From NCBI GenBank assembly GCA_020349685.1, contig CP070698.1:1806165-1833180 (forward strand): DNA of 27,016 nt, written 5' to 3'. This DNA is from a bacterium. GTDB taxonomy: Bacteria > BMS3Abin14. A program made the translations under genes and the position numbers. Each line of letters opens with the position of its first letter. The stretch's first letter is position 1. Below the pieces are notes generated by a model. It was given only the letters and a program-made list of their open reading frames with translations. It was not told where the DNA came from and ran no database searches. This document shows positions 8,687 to 25,882 of this stretch, one piece after another.

Positions 8687-8717
8687 CTGAGTACTGGGTA
8701 CTGTGTACTGGGTACTG
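8687..8717. repeat. Heptanucleotide tandem repeat (CTGNGTA)x4.4
   Basis: CTGAGTA CTGGGTA CTGTGTA CTGGGTA CTG in the rpoB-rpoC spacer. Confidence 0.9.
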
Positions 8718-8734
8718 TTTCCTGGAGGTATTAA

Positions 8735-12850
<4,116 letters not shown>

Positions 12851-12880
12851 GTTCCCTGAAATGAAAAAATCCAGACGGTT

Positions 12881-12914
12881 AGCGGGCGGTCCCGGGGCCG
12901 CCCGCTTCATTTTT
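12881..12914 (+). terminator. Probable intrinsic terminator after rpoC
   Basis: Stem AGCGGGCGGTC/GGCCGCCCGCT (one G-U), loop CCGG, followed by TCATTTTT. Confidence 0.75.
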
Positions 12915-13082
12915 CCGGGAAATTTGCGGGTTTCAGCTGAGAGCCGTGAGCCGGAAGGCACTGCATTTGTCAGTTTTTTTGTGATGAATTGTGATCTGAC
13001 ACCTGGGACCGGGGAGCTTCCTGCTTGTTTGACAATGATTTAGCCCAAAGCTGACAGGTGACAGTCCATAGCTCATAAAAGC

Positions 13083-13111
13083 TTGACAAATATCTTTTTC
13101 ACCTATAGTAT
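13083..13111 (+). promoter_or_regulatory. Sigma70-type promoter of the str-S10-spc transcription unit
   Basis: TTGACA (13083-13088), 17-nt spacer, TAGTAT (13106-13111). AT-rich context, downstream of the rpoC terminator. Confidence 0.85.
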
Positions 13112-13335
13112 CACCGAGTTTTTCCCTGAGCGGATATCTGCCTTTTCTGAGGACAGATCCGTAAAGAATTACCGGTTCTTTTCAATGGGTTACGTATTTA
13201 TGAACCGGTGGACGGGGAGCTGGCACGGGTCCCAAGAAGGGTGGAATGTGCCGCTACAGGCTCCTTATGCCCTTTAGGGGGCATTTTGGGCAGGATCAGG
13301 CCTGGTCGAACAGGCCAAAGCTGAGGAGTTAAAGC

Positions 13336-13707
13336 ATGCCGACATTGAACCAGTTGGTGAGAAAAAGCCGGAAGAAGATCGTCAAAAAATCAAAGACTCC
13401 GGCGATGCAGCAGTGCCCGCAGAAACGCGGTGTCTGCACGCGCGTCTATACCACGACACCCAAGAAGCCGAACTCGGCGCTTCGAAAAGTTGCCCGTGTG
13501 AGGCTTACCAACGGGATCGAGGTTACCTCCTATATTCCCGGTGTGGGTCACAATCTGCAGGAACACTCGGTGGTCCTCATCCGGGGAGGCAGGGTCAAGG
13601 ACCTGCCTGGCGTCCGGTACCACATCGTGCGTGGGACGCTGGATACAGCTGGTGTGGCCGACAGGCGGCAGGGTCGGTCGAAATACGGGGCCAAAAGGCC
13701 CAAGTAA
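13336..13707 (+). CDS. rpsL: 30S ribosomal protein S12 (uS12)
   Basis: [32 protein letters not shown] motifs. Confidence 0.99.
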   Translation: MPTLNQLVRKSRKKIVKKSKTPAMQQCPQKRGVCTRVYTTTPKKPNSALRKVARVRLTNGIEVTSYIPGVGHNLQEHSVVLIRGGRVKDLPGVRYHIVRGTLDTAGVADRRQGRSKYGAKRPK

Positions 13708-14193
<486 letters not shown>

Positions 14194-14228
14194 AGGAGGC
14201 GGCATACGCGCAGCGTTGCTGAAAAATC

Positions 14229-16310
<2,082 letters not shown>

Positions 16311-16348
16311 AGGATCCTTTTAGGAGCTGACCACTCAAGGAGGAGACG

Positions 16349-17547
<1,199 letters not shown>

Positions 17548-17548
<1 letters not shown>

Positions 17549-17571
17549 CACGATCCGCCCCCGGATCGTGC
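17548..17571 (+). other. Hairpin in tuf-rpsJ spacer (no U-tract)
   Basis: GCACGATCCG-CCCC-CGGATCGTGC, perfect 10-bp stem. Confidence 0.6.
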
Positions 17572-17601
17572 ATTGAAAAGAGCAAGCAGAGGAGCGGCAA
17601 G

Positions 17602-17916
17602 GTGATGGATCAGCAGAAAATACGGATTAAGCTCAAGGCGTACGACTACAGGGTCCTGGATACCTCGGTCACCGAGATCGTCGAGACCGCCAGGCGCACA
17701 GGGGCCAGGGTCTGCGGTCCCATCCCGCTGCCGACGAGGCGGAGTATCTACACGGTCCTCAAGGGACCGCATATCGACAAGAAATCCAGGGAGCAGTTCG
17801 AGATCCGCATCCACAAGCGCATGCTGGACATCGTCGAACCCACTCCCCAGACGGTGGATGCCCTCATGAAACTGGATCTTTCCGCAGGCGTAGACGTGGA
17901 GATCAAGCTCTCATAA
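17602..17916 (+). CDS. rpsJ: 30S ribosomal protein S10 (uS10/NusE)
   Basis: [37 protein letters not shown]. Start is GTG17602 or ATG17605. Confidence 0.99.
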   Translation: MMDQQKIRIKLKAYDYRVLDTSVTEIVETARRTGARVCGPIPLPTRRSIYTVLKGPHIDKKSREQFEIRIHKRMLDIVEPTPQTVDALMKLDLSAGVDVEIKLS

Positions 17917-17928
17917 GGGGAAAAGGAC

Positions 17929-18549
17929 ATGTCTCAGATGGAAGTTCTCAACATAAAGAATGAAGTCGTGGGCAAGGTGAACCTGGCTCCCTGGTGGAGT
18001 GAAAGGCCCAATACCCCCCTCATTCATCAGGCGGTCGTCACGGCCAGGGCCGGCGCCAGAAGGGGGACCCACTCCACGAAGGGCCGGACCGATGTCAGCG
18101 GCGGCGGAGCCAAACCCTTCCGGCAGAAGGGCACGGGCCGTGCGCGCCAGGGGACGATCCGCGCCCCGCAGATGCGCGGCGACGGGATCGTTTTCGGGCC
18201 CCAGCCGAGGGACTACTCCAAATCCCTCAACAAGAAGATGTCCCGGAAGGCCCTGCAGAGCGCTCTGGCCTACAAAGCGGCCTCCGAGAGCCTCCTTGTC
18301 GTCGACGATATCACCCTTGAGGCCCCCAAGACCAGGGAACTGGTTGCCGTCATGGACCGTTTCGACATCATTAGTGCTGTCATCGTCGTCAAGGACATAT
18401 CGGAAGAGATTGAGAGGGCTTCTGGGAACCTGACCTGGGTCAAAGTGGTCACTCCGGAGAGGGTCAACACCTACGACGTGCTCGCCTTTGACACACTCAT
18501 CGTCACTTCGGACGCCCTCGAGGTGCTGGAAGGAGCGTTGTCCCAATGA
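17929..18549 (+). CDS. rplD: 50S ribosomal protein L4 (uL4)
   Basis: [32 protein letters not shown] and FGPQPRDY motifs. Starts 12 nt after the rpsJ stop. Confidence 0.98.
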   Translation: MSQMEVLNIKNEVVGKVNLAPWWSERPNTPLIHQAVVTARAGARRGTHSTKGRTDVSGGGAKPFRQKGTGRARQGTIRAPQMRGDGIVFGPQPRDYSKSLNKKMSRKALQSALAYKAASESLLVVDDITLEAPKTRELVAVMDRFDIISAVIVVKDISEEIERASGNLTWVKVVTPERVNTYDVLAFDTLIVTSDALEVLEGALSQ

Positions 18550-18836
18550 GACCCTACAGCAAAGTGATCATCAGGCCCCTCCTGACCGAGAAGAACGCCA
18601 CCTTGAAGGAAGTCCACAACAGGGTTGCTTTTGAAGTTGCCCCGGACGCCAACAAGATAGAGATCAAAAAGGCAGTGGAAGAGGCCTTTCAGGTTTCGGT
18701 CCAGTCGGTCAACGTGCTCAACGTGCGCGGCAAGGTCAAGAGGCTCGGGCGGAATATGGGCCGCCGACGTAACTGGAAAAAAGCCATCGTCACCCTCAGG
18801 GAGGGGAGCACGATAGAGTTCTTCGAGGGAGTATAA
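18546..18836 (+). CDS. rplW: 50S ribosomal protein L23 (uL23)
   Basis: [29 protein letters not shown] overlap with rplD. Confidence 0.98.
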   Translation: MRPYSKVIIRPLLTEKNATLKEVHNRVAFEVAPDANKIEIKKAVEEAFQVSVQSVNVLNVRGKVKRLGRNMGRRRNWKKAIVTLREGSTIEFFEGV

Positions 18837-18904
18837 AAGCCTGTCGTTGAGAACCCGTCAGACTTTTATCCTGAATTTCAGGAACCAAAGCAGGAGCGTA
18901 TAGA

Positions 18905-19729
18905 ATGGCAATCAGGAACTTAAAACCGACATCGCCCGGAAGGCGCTTCATGACCGTCAACGACTTCGCGGAGGTCACGACGGACAAGCCCGAGAAAAGC
19001 CTTCTCATGCCTCTCAAGAGGAAAGGCGGGAGGAACAACGCCGGTCGCATCACGGCATGGCAGCGCGGAGGAGGCCACAAGAGGCGTTACCGGATCATCG
19101 ACTTCAAGAGGAATAAGCCCGATATCCCCGCCCGGGTCAAAAGCATCGAGTACGATCCTAACCGCAGCGCCTATATCGCCCTCCTGGCCTACGTGGATGG
19201 TGAGAAAAGATACATCCTCGCACCCCAGAACCTCAATGTCGGGGACGAGGTTGTCAGCGGTGAAAAGACCGACATAAGACCCGGAAACGCCATGAGGCTT
19301 CGCAACGTCCCCCTTGGAACCCTCGTCCACAACGTGGAGCTCAAGGCCGGCAAGGGCGGACAGATGGTTCGCAGCGCGGGAAACTATGCCCAGCTCATGG
19401 CGAAAGAGGGCGATCACGCGACCCTCAGGCTTCCGTCCGGCGAGATCAGGATGGTGCGCCTGGAGTGCATGGCCACCGTGGGCCAGCTGAGCAACCCGCA
19501 GCACGAAATTATCTCTATCGGTAAGGCCGGGCGGTCGAGATGGCTCGGCAAAAGGCCCAACGTCAGGGGCGTCGCCATGAACCCGGTCGACCACCCCATG
19601 GGGGGCGGAGAAGGCAAGAGCTCCGGAGGACGTCATCCCTGCACGCCGTGGGGGAAACCCACCAAGGGTTTCAAGACGAGGAAGAGAAACAAGAATTCCG
19701 ATCGCTACATCGTCAAGAAGCGATCCTAG
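18905..19729 (+). CDS. rplB: 50S ribosomal protein L2 (uL2)
   Basis: [40 protein letters not shown] motifs. Confidence 0.99.
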   Translation: MAIRNLKPTSPGRRFMTVNDFAEVTTDKPEKSLLMPLKRKGGRNNAGRITAWQRGGGHKRRYRIIDFKRNKPDIPARVKSIEYDPNRSAYIALLAYVDGEKRYILAPQNLNVGDEVVSGEKTDIRPGNAMRLRNVPLGTLVHNVELKAGKGGQMVRSAGNYAQLMAKEGDHATLRLPSGEIRMVRLECMATVGQLSNPQHEIISIGKAGRSRWLGKRPNVRGVAMNPVDHPMGGGEGKSSGGRHPCTPWGKPTKGFKTRKRNKNSDRYIVKKRS

Positions 19730-19744
19730 AACGGGAGGGTAGCG

Positions 19745-20026
19745 TTGGCCAGGTCCATTAAAAAAGGTCCCTTCGTGGATGACCACCTTTTGAGCAAGGT
19801 GAGGTCCATGCAGGAGAAGGGTGACAAGAAGGTCATCAAAACATGGTCCAGAAGGTCCATGATCATCCCCGAGATGGTGGGTTACACCTTCGCTGTCCAC
19901 AACGGGAAGAACTTTATCCCTGTTTTCGTGACCGAAAATATGGTCGGTCAGAGGCTCGGTGAGTTTTCACCTACGAGGACGTACAAGGGGCACACATCCA
20001 AGGCCGACAGAAGAGGCAAGAAGTAG
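19745..20026 (+). CDS. rpsS: 30S ribosomal protein S19 (uS19)
   Basis: [29 protein letters not shown] start after GGGAGG. Confidence 0.98.
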   Translation: MARSIKKGPFVDDHLLSKVRSMQEKGDKKVIKTWSRRSMIIPEMVGYTFAVHNGKNFIPVFVTENMVGQRLGEFSPTRTYKGHTSKADRRGKK

Positions 20027-20062
20027 TTTTGCCCTGAAAAACCTGAATATTGAGGAATAGTC

Positions 20063-20395
20063 ATGGAATCGACAGCAAAAGCAAGGCATGTCCGGATAGC
20101 GCCGCGGAAGGTGAGGCTTGTCATGGACATGGTCCGGGGCAAGCCGGTGGAGGAGGCGCTTCAGACTCTCGGTCTGGACAGGAAAGCCGCGTCCCCCATC
20201 ATCGCCAAGGTGATCAGGTCCGCCATGGCAAATGCTGAGAACAATCACGACATGAGCACGGACGGCCTCGTCATCACCAGGGCTTTTGTGGATGAGGGGC
20301 CGACTTTGAAAAGGTTCATGCCACGAGCCATGGGTCGTGCCACCATGATCCGAAAGAGGACGAGTCACATTACCGTTGTCCTCTCTGAGAAGTAA
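20063..20395 (+). CDS. rplV: 50S ribosomal protein L22 (uL22)
   Basis: [41 protein letters not shown]. Confidence 0.98.
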   Translation: MESTAKARHVRIAPRKVRLVMDMVRGKPVEEALQTLGLDRKAASPIIAKVIRSAMANAENNHDMSTDGLVITRAFVDEGPTLKRFMPRAMGRATMIRKRTSHITVVLSEK

Positions 20396-20406
20396 GGAGG
20401 CAAGTT

Positions 20407-21063
20407 TTGGGCCAGAAAGTTCACCCGAAGGGTTTCCGCCTGGGCGTGATCAAGGACTGGGATTCGCGCTGGTACGCGGAAAAGGACTACGCCAAGCTGC
20501 TGCACGAAGATATCCGCATTCGCGGTTATATCAAGGAGCGGCTCTTTAACGCCGGTGTGTCGAACATCATCATCGAGAGAACAGCCAAACGGGCAAGGAT
20601 CAATATCCACGCCGCCAGGCCCGGGATCATCATCGGAAAGAAAGGTGCCGAGGTCGAGGGGCTGCGCCGCGAGATCCAGAAGATGACCGAAAAGGACATC
20701 TTCATCAACATCGTCGAGGTGCGCAAGCCGGAGGTTGAGGCGCAGCTCGTCGCCGAAAATATCGCCGGCCAGCTCGAAAGGCGTGTTGCTTTCCGGCGCG
20801 CCCTCAAGAGAAGCGTCTCTTCGGCCCTCCGCTTCGGTGCTGAAGGTATCAAGGTCATGGTCGCGGGACGTCTCAACGGTGCGGAAATGTCGCGCCGCGA
20901 GTGGTACCGGGAGGGCCGCGTTCCTCTCCAGACCCTTCGTGCGGATATCGATTACGGTTTCGCGGAGGCCAGGACCACCTACGGGATCATTGGTGTGAAG
21001 GTATGGGTCTTCAAGGGGGAGATCACAGGAAACGAGTCGGCCGGAGACGAGCTCAAGGCCTGA
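20407..21063 (+). CDS. rpsC: 30S ribosomal protein S3 (uS3)
   Basis: [40 protein letters not shown] start. Confidence 0.99.
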   Translation: MGQKVHPKGFRLGVIKDWDSRWYAEKDYAKLLHEDIRIRGYIKERLFNAGVSNIIIERTAKRARINIHAARPGIIIGKKGAEVEGLRREIQKMTEKDIFINIVEVRKPEVEAQLVAENIAGQLERRVAFRRALKRSVSSALRFGAEGIKVMVAGRLNGAEMSRREWYREGRVPLQTLRADIDYGFAEARTTYGIIGVKVWVFKGEITGNESAGDELKA

Positions 21064-21115
21064 TCAAACGATGTAACACGGGGCCCTCACCAGGTTCCCG
21101 TCGGGAGACTGCGTC

Positions 21116-21529
21116 ATGTTAATGCCCAAGAAGGTCAAGTTCAGAAAACAGATGCGCGGACGCATGAAAGGTGCCGCCACGCGCGGCAATAAACTCAATT
21201 TCGGCGATTTCGGCCTCCAGGCCCAGACACCCGGATGGATCACCTCACGCCAGATCGAGTCCGCACGTATCGCTATAACGAGGCACGTCAAAAGGGGGGG
21301 GAAGGTATGGATCCGGATCTTTCCCGACAAGCCGGTCACCAAGAAACCCGCTGAGACCAGAATGGGTAAGGGTAAGGGTTCCCCTGAGGCCTGGGTAGCT
21401 GTTGTCAAACCCGGCCGCATCCTCTACGAGCTGGAGGGCGTGCCGGAGTCCGTTGCCAAGGAGGCCATGAGGCTCGCCTCACACAAGCTTCCCATCAAAA
21501 CCAAGATCCTGATCAGGGAGGAACTGTGA
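21116..21529 (+). CDS. rplP: 50S ribosomal protein L16 (uL16)
   Basis: [27 protein letters not shown]. Confidence 0.99.
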   Translation: MLMPKKVKFRKQMRGRMKGAATRGNKLNFGDFGLQAQTPGWITSRQIESARIAITRHVKRGGKVWIRIFPDKPVTKKPAETRMGKGKGSPEAWVAVVKPGRILYELEGVPESVAKEAMRLASHKLPIKTKILIREEL

Positions 21530-21735
21530 TGAAGGCAAGTGAACTCAGGGATCTGACGCTGGACGAGCTGCGCCAAAAAGAAAGCGACCTGAGCGCGGAG
21601 CTCTTCAACCTGCGTTTTCAAATAGCTACCAACCAGCTGGAGAACCCCATGAGACTTCCGCTGGCAAAGAAAAATCTTGCGCGGGTCAAGACAGTGATCG
21701 CTCAGAAGGAGCGGTCCGCCGAGAGGACTGAGTGA
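21529..21735 (+). CDS. rpmC: 50S ribosomal protein L29 (uL29)
   Basis: [25 protein letters not shown]. Start is ATG21529 (TGATG overlap) or GTG21526. Confidence 0.97.
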   Translation: MKASELRDLTLDELRQKESDLSAELFNLRFQIATNQLENPMRLPLAKKNLARVKTVIAQKERSAERTE

Positions 21736-22004
21736 TGTCGGACAACCAGAGCAGCCAAAGGAAAATAATCAGCGGTACTGTGGTGAGCAACCGCATGGAC
21801 AAGACAGCTGTTGTCCAGGTCCAGCGCCGTTTCGCGCATCCGGTATTCAAAAAGTATGTGAGCAAGCGGGTCAAATACAAGGTCCACGACGAAAAGAACG
21901 ATCTGAACGTGGGCGACACCGTGAGGATCATCGAGACGCGGCCGCTGTCCAAGGAAAAGAGATGGCGTCTTCTGGATATCCTCGAGCGGGGTCCGCAGGA
22001 CTGA
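21735..22004 (+). CDS. rpsQ: 30S ribosomal protein S17 (uS17)
   Basis: [34 protein letters not shown]. Start is ATG21735 or GTG21732. Confidence 0.98.
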   Translation: MSDNQSSQRKIISGTVVSNRMDKTAVVQVQRRFAHPVFKKYVSKRVKYKVHDEKNDLNVGDTVRIIETRPLSKEKRWRLLDILERGPQD

Positions 22005-22032
22005 AACCCGCATCGTTGAGAGGGACTGAGAA

Positions 22033-22401
22033 ATGATCAAGGTTGAAACCATGCTCGACGTTGCCGATAACAGCGGCGCCAAGAAGGTCCTCTGTTTCAG
22101 GATCCTGGGCGGCTCGAGGCGCAAATCGGCCAGCGTCGGCGACATCATAGTCGTCTCCATCAAGGAGGCCGCGCCTGAATCGAAGGTGAAAAAGGGGGAT
22201 GTCCACAGGGCGGTCATCGTCCGGACCAAGAAAGAGGTCCGCAGACCTGACGGATCCTACATCCGTTTCGACAACAACGCCGCGGTCATCATCAACGAGG
22301 CGCGGGAGCCCATAGGTACGCGTATCTTCGGCCCCATTGCCCGGGAGCTGAGGGGGAAAAACTTCATGAAGATCGTCTCCCTCGCACCTGAGGTCCTTTA
22401 G
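22033..22401 (+). CDS. rplN: 50S ribosomal protein L14 (uL14)
   Basis: [37 protein letters not shown]. Confidence 0.99.
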   Translation: MIKVETMLDVADNSGAKKVLCFRILGGSRRKSASVGDIIVVSIKEAAPESKVKKGDVHRAVIVRTKKEVRRPDGSYIRFDNNAAVIINEAREPIGTRIFGPIARELRGKNFMKIVSLAPEVL

Positions 22402-22410
22402 GAGGGCGCC

Positions 22411-22731
22411 ATGGCTAACATCGCTATCAAGAGAAATGATGTCGTTGTCGTAACGGCAGGGAAAGAAAAAGGGAAAAGAGGCAAGGTTCTCCGTGTCCTG
22501 AGGGACAAGGACAGGGTGATCGTTGAGAAGGTGAATTTCATCAAACGCCATCAGAAACCAACCAGTGCCCAGAAACAGGGTGGCATCATCGAGAGGGAAG
22601 GACCGGTTCATCTTTCCAATGTCATGCTGTTCTGCCAGAAATGCGGAAAAGGCGTCCGGACCCGCAGACAGCGGCTGGATGACGGAAATGTCGTCCGCCT
22701 CTGCGCCGGCTGCGGTGAGTCCTTTGACTGA
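22411..22731 (+). CDS. rplX: 50S ribosomal protein L24 (uL24)
   Basis: KOW motif [33 protein letters not shown]-terminal CxxC...CxxC. Confidence 0.98.
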   Translation: MANIAIKRNDVVVVTAGKEKGKRGKVLRVLRDKDRVIVEKVNFIKRHQKPTSAQKQGGIIEREGPVHLSNVMLFCQKCGKGVRTRRQRLDDGNVVRLCAGCGESFD

Positions 22732-22745
22732 TCGGGAGTGTTCGG

Positions 22746-23285
22746 ATGAGTGACATTTTAAAAAGGTACAGAGAAGAGATCGTGCCTGCCATGATGAAGA
22801 CCTTCAACTACGGTAACGTCATGGAAGTGCCGAAACTGGAAAAGATAGTGGTCAATATGGGACTGGGTGAGGCTCTTGAAAACGCCAGGATCCTGGATAC
22901 CTCCATGGAGGAACTCTCCCGCATTACGGGGCAGAGGCCGGTCCTGACCAGGGCCAGGAAGTCCATCGCCAACTTCAAGCTCCGCGAGGGCAACCCCATC
23001 GGATGCCGCGTGACCCTGAGAAGAAAGAGGATGTACGATTTCATCTACAGGCTTCTCAACATCGCCCTGCCGAGAGTACGGGATTTCAAAGGCGTGTCTA
23101 CGAGGGGCTTCGATGGGCGTGGCAACTACACCCTCGGTATCCGGGAACAGCTCATATTCCCCGAGGTCAATTACGATGATGTCGAGAAGATCAAGGGCAT
23201 GAACATCACCATTGTGACGAGTGCCAAGACCGACGAGGAAGCCAGGGAGCTCCTGGATCTAATCGGTCTGCCGTTCAGAAAGTAG
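22746..23285 (+). CDS. rplE: 50S ribosomal protein L5 (uL5)
   Basis: [39 protein letters not shown]. Confidence 0.99.
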   Translation: MSDILKRYREEIVPAMMKTFNYGNVMEVPKLEKIVVNMGLGEALENARILDTSMEELSRITGQRPVLTRARKSIANFKLREGNPIGCRVTLRRKRMYDFIYRLLNIALPRVRDFKGVSTRGFDGRGNYTLGIREQLIFPEVNYDDVEKIKGMNITIVTSAKTDEEARELLDLIGLPFRK

Positions 23286-23298
23286 GACTGGAGGAGAG

Positions 23299-23484
23299 AT
23301 GGCTAAGAAAGCCCTAGTTAACAAGGCCAGACGAAAACCCAAATACGCTGTCCGCGCCTACAACAGATGTCCCATCTGTGGCCGGTCCCGTGCGTACCTG
23401 AGACGCTTTGCCATGTGCAGGATCTGTTTCAGGACCCGGGCCCTCGCCGGAGAGATCCCGGGCGTCGTCAAGGCCAGCTGGTAG
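23299..23484 (+). CDS. rpsN: 30S ribosomal protein S14 type Z (61 aa, Zn-binding)
   Basis: YNRCPICGR...MCRICFR...[11 protein letters not shown]. Confidence 0.98.
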   Translation: MAKKALVNKARRKPKYAVRAYNRCPICGRSRAYLRRFAMCRICFRTRALAGEIPGVVKASW

Positions 23485-23497
23485 GAGGATTGTTGAT

Positions 23498-23896
23498 ATG
23501 TCCATGACAGATCCCATTGCTGACATGCTTACGAGGATCCGTAACGCCCTCATGGCCGGCAAGGAGAAGGTTGATGTTCCCGCTTCCTCGCTCAAGGAAG
23601 GTATCGCCAGGATTCTGAGAGATGAAGGTTACATCATCAACTACAGGATGATCGAGGATACCAAGCAGGGTGTCATCCGGATAACCCTCAAGTACGGAGA
23701 CCCGGACACACCGGCCATCGAGAACCTGCAGAGGGTAAGCAAACCGGGACGACGTGTTTATGTCGGTGCCAGAGAGGTGCCGAGAGTCCTCAACGGACTC
23801 GGCATAGCCATCCTGTCCACCTCCAAGGGGATCCTGACCGACAGGGAGTCGAAGATCCAGAACGTCGGTGGAGAGGTGCTCTGTTACATCTGGTGA
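23498..23896 (+). CDS. rpsH: 30S ribosomal protein S8 (uS8)
   Basis: [38 protein letters not shown]. Start reset to ATG23498 after AGGAGG. Confidence 0.99.
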   Translation: MSMTDPIADMLTRIRNALMAGKEKVDVPASSLKEGIARILRDEGYIINYRMIEDTKQGVIRITLKYGDPDTPAIENLQRVSKPGRRVYVGAREVPRVLNGLGIAILSTSKGILTDRESKIQNVGGEVLCYIW

Positions 23897-23957
23897 GAAG
23901 CGTGCGTTCGCTGCCTGCCTGCGGGCGGTACAGAAAGAGAAATCTGGAGAAACAGCC

Positions 23958-24494
23958 ATGTCGAGAATAGGAAAACAGCCGGTTCACCTGCCCAAAGGGG
24001 TTGAGGTCAAACTTGACGGCCGCAGGGCCACGGTAAAGGGCCCCAAAGGTCTTCTAAGCCGTGACCTCCCGCAGGGGGTCAAGATCGAGGTCGGCAGTGA
24101 CAGCCTGCAGGTCCTGCCACCGGCCAGGCCGAAGGAAAAGACCTCCTTCCAGGGCCTGACGCGCACCCTTTTGAACAACATGGTTGTGGGTGTGTCGGAG
24201 GGATACAAGAAGGAACTGGACATGGTCGGCGTTGGATACAGGGCCATGTCCAAGGGCAAAGCTCTCGAGATCCACGTGGGCTTTTCCCACCCGGTGGAGT
24301 TCGCCCTTCCCGAGGGCATTTCCGCCGAGGTGGACAAATCCAACCGAATAACCATCAGCGGTATCGACAAGGAAAAGGTCGGCCAGACAGCGGCTGATAT
24401 CCGTGCCATCAGACCCCCGGAACCCTACAAGGGCAAGGGGATCATGTACACAGGGGAAAAGATCAGGCGCAAGGCCGGTAAAACAGGCGTTTAG
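23958..24494 (+). CDS. rplF: 50S ribosomal protein L6 (uL6)
   Basis: MSRIGKQP, GVGYRA, RPPEPYKGKG. Start reset to ATG23958. Confidence 0.99.
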   Translation: MSRIGKQPVHLPKGVEVKLDGRRATVKGPKGLLSRDLPQGVKIEVGSDSLQVLPPARPKEKTSFQGLTRTLLNNMVVGVSEGYKKELDMVGVGYRAMSKGKALEIHVGFSHPVEFALPEGISAEVDKSNRITISGIDKEKVGQTAADIRAIRPPEPYKGKGIMYTGEKIRRKAGKTGV

Positions 24495-24518
24495 AAGCTG
24501 TTTTGGAGGATCACTCAA

Positions 24519-24887
24519 GTGGGCAGGATCGAGGATAAAAAAAGAACCCGCGTACAAAGGCGGAAGCGCATCAGGGATAAGGTCTACGGGACTGCCGAAA
24601 GGCCGAGACTCTCGGTCTTCAGGAGCACCCGCCACATATACGCCCAGATCATCGACGATGACATGGGGTCCGTCCTCGCGAGCGCATCGACCATGGATGC
24701 GCAGCTGCGCGGATCGAAGAAGTACGGCGGAAATGTTGATGCGGCTCGCGAGGTTGGAAAGCTCCTGGCCGAGCGCGCGGCGACGAAGAAAATAGAGGTG
24801 GTTTCCTTTGACCGCGGTGGTTTCAAGTATCACGGTCGCGTCAAAGCGCTTGCGGAAGCCGCCAGGGACGGGGGCCTGAAGTTCTAG
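24519..24887 (+). CDS. rplR: 50S ribosomal protein L18 (uL18)
   Basis: [36 protein letters not shown] start. Confidence 0.99.
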   Translation: MGRIEDKKRTRVQRRKRIRDKVYGTAERPRLSVFRSTRHIYAQIIDDDMGSVLASASTMDAQLRGSKKYGGNVDAAREVGKLLAERAATKKIEVVSFDRGGFKYHGRVKALAEAARDGGLKF

Positions 24888-24932
24888 AACGGCAGGATCC
24901 CAGACACGAGACAGGACGATAGGTGCATAAGT

Positions 24933-25460
24933 ATGAAGAGAGCCTTGAAGCAACCTCTTAGGGACGTGACCATCGATGAGACGGAACTCATCGACAAGGT
25001 CGTATTTATCAACCGTGTAGCCAAGGTCGTCAAGGGTGGGCGGAGATTCCGGTTCAGTGCCCTTGTGGTTGTTGGTGACGGCAAGGGCCTGGTTGGCGTC
25101 GGTTACGGGAAGGCCAACGAGGTACCCGAAGCTATCCGCAAGGGGATCGAGAACGCCAAGAAAAGCCTTTACAGGATCCCCCTGAAAGGCGCGACTCTCC
25201 ATCACCAGGTCATCGGTCGGTGGGGAGCTGCCAAAGTCCTCCTCAAGCCCGCGAGTCCGGGTACCGGCGTTATCGCCGGTGGACCCGTTAGGGCGATGAT
25301 GGAGGCCCTCGGCGTCAAGGACATCCTCACCAAGTGCCTCGGGACCAACAACCCCAACAACGTCCTTAAAGCCGCCCTGCAGGGCCTCCTTGCCATCAGG
25401 AGCCCCGAGGACATAGCCAACGTCCGCGGCAAGAAGGTCAGCGAAATCCTGCACGGCTAG
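24933..25460 (+). CDS. rpsE: 30S ribosomal protein S5 (uS5)
   Basis: [24 protein letters not shown] and [12 protein letters not shown]. Exact start uncertain. Confidence 0.98.
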   Translation: MKRALKQPLRDVTIDETELIDKVVFINRVAKVVKGGRRFRFSALVVVGDGKGLVGVGYGKANEVPEAIRKGIENAKKSLYRIPLKGATLHHQVIGRWGAAKVLLKPASPGTGVIAGGPVRAMMEALGVKDILTKCLGTNNPNNVLKAALQGLLAIRSPEDIANVRGKKVSEILHG

Positions 25461-25680
25461 GAGTATGTCTAAGAACACTACACATACTCCTAGATAGAAT
25501 TTGTCGGCCCATGGAACTACAGGTTTATGAAATATAAAGCGAAATTAAATGGTTATATCGGAACCGATCCAGATTCTTTCAAAGGGTGGGTCCCGGAAAG
25601 CTGGACCAAGGCCTTTAGAAGGCAAGCAGCCGACAAATCAGCTAGCAGCGTGATGAAGTTCCACGGCACGCTGCTAGATA
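25457..25680. repeat. Inverted-repeat-rich insert between rpsE and rpmD (possible MITE remnants or structured RNA)
   Basis: Perfect IRs: CTAGGAGTATGT 25457-25468 / 25482-25493; ATTTGTCGGC 25499-25508 / 25629-25638; CTAGCAGCGTG 25642-25652 / 25667-25677. CTAGATAG occurs twice. Confidence 0.7.
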
Positions 25681-25693
25681 GGGAGACAACGTG

Positions 25694-25882
25694 ATGTCCA
25701 AGATCGATGTGACACTGGTGAAAAGCACCATAGGCAGGCCAGGAAAGCACCACAAGGTCGTGCGCAGCCTGGGATTGAGAAAACTCAATCAGACGGTCCG
25801 GCATGAGGATAATCCCTGCATAAGAGGGATGGTCGAGAAGGTATCCCATCTCGTCAGGGTTGAGACCGTGGAGGAAGAGTAG
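25694..25882 (+). CDS. rpmD: 50S ribosomal protein L30 (uL30)
   Basis: [33 protein letters not shown]. Start is ATG25694 or GTG25691. Confidence 0.98.
   Translation: MSKIDVTLVKSTIGRPGKHHKVVRSLGLRKLNQTVRHEDNPCIRGMVEKVSHLVRVETVEEE

Noticed and set aside
12861-13277. 60-aa and 64-aa ORFs in the rpoC-rpsL spacer
   Set aside because: One crosses the terminator and the other starts inside the -35 box. Neither resembles L7Ae-type proteins sometimes found here.
25580-25630. GAAA-containing hairpins as a c-di-GMP-type riboswitch or ribozyme
   Set aside because: I could not match the conserved core of any riboswitch or ribozyme family by eye.
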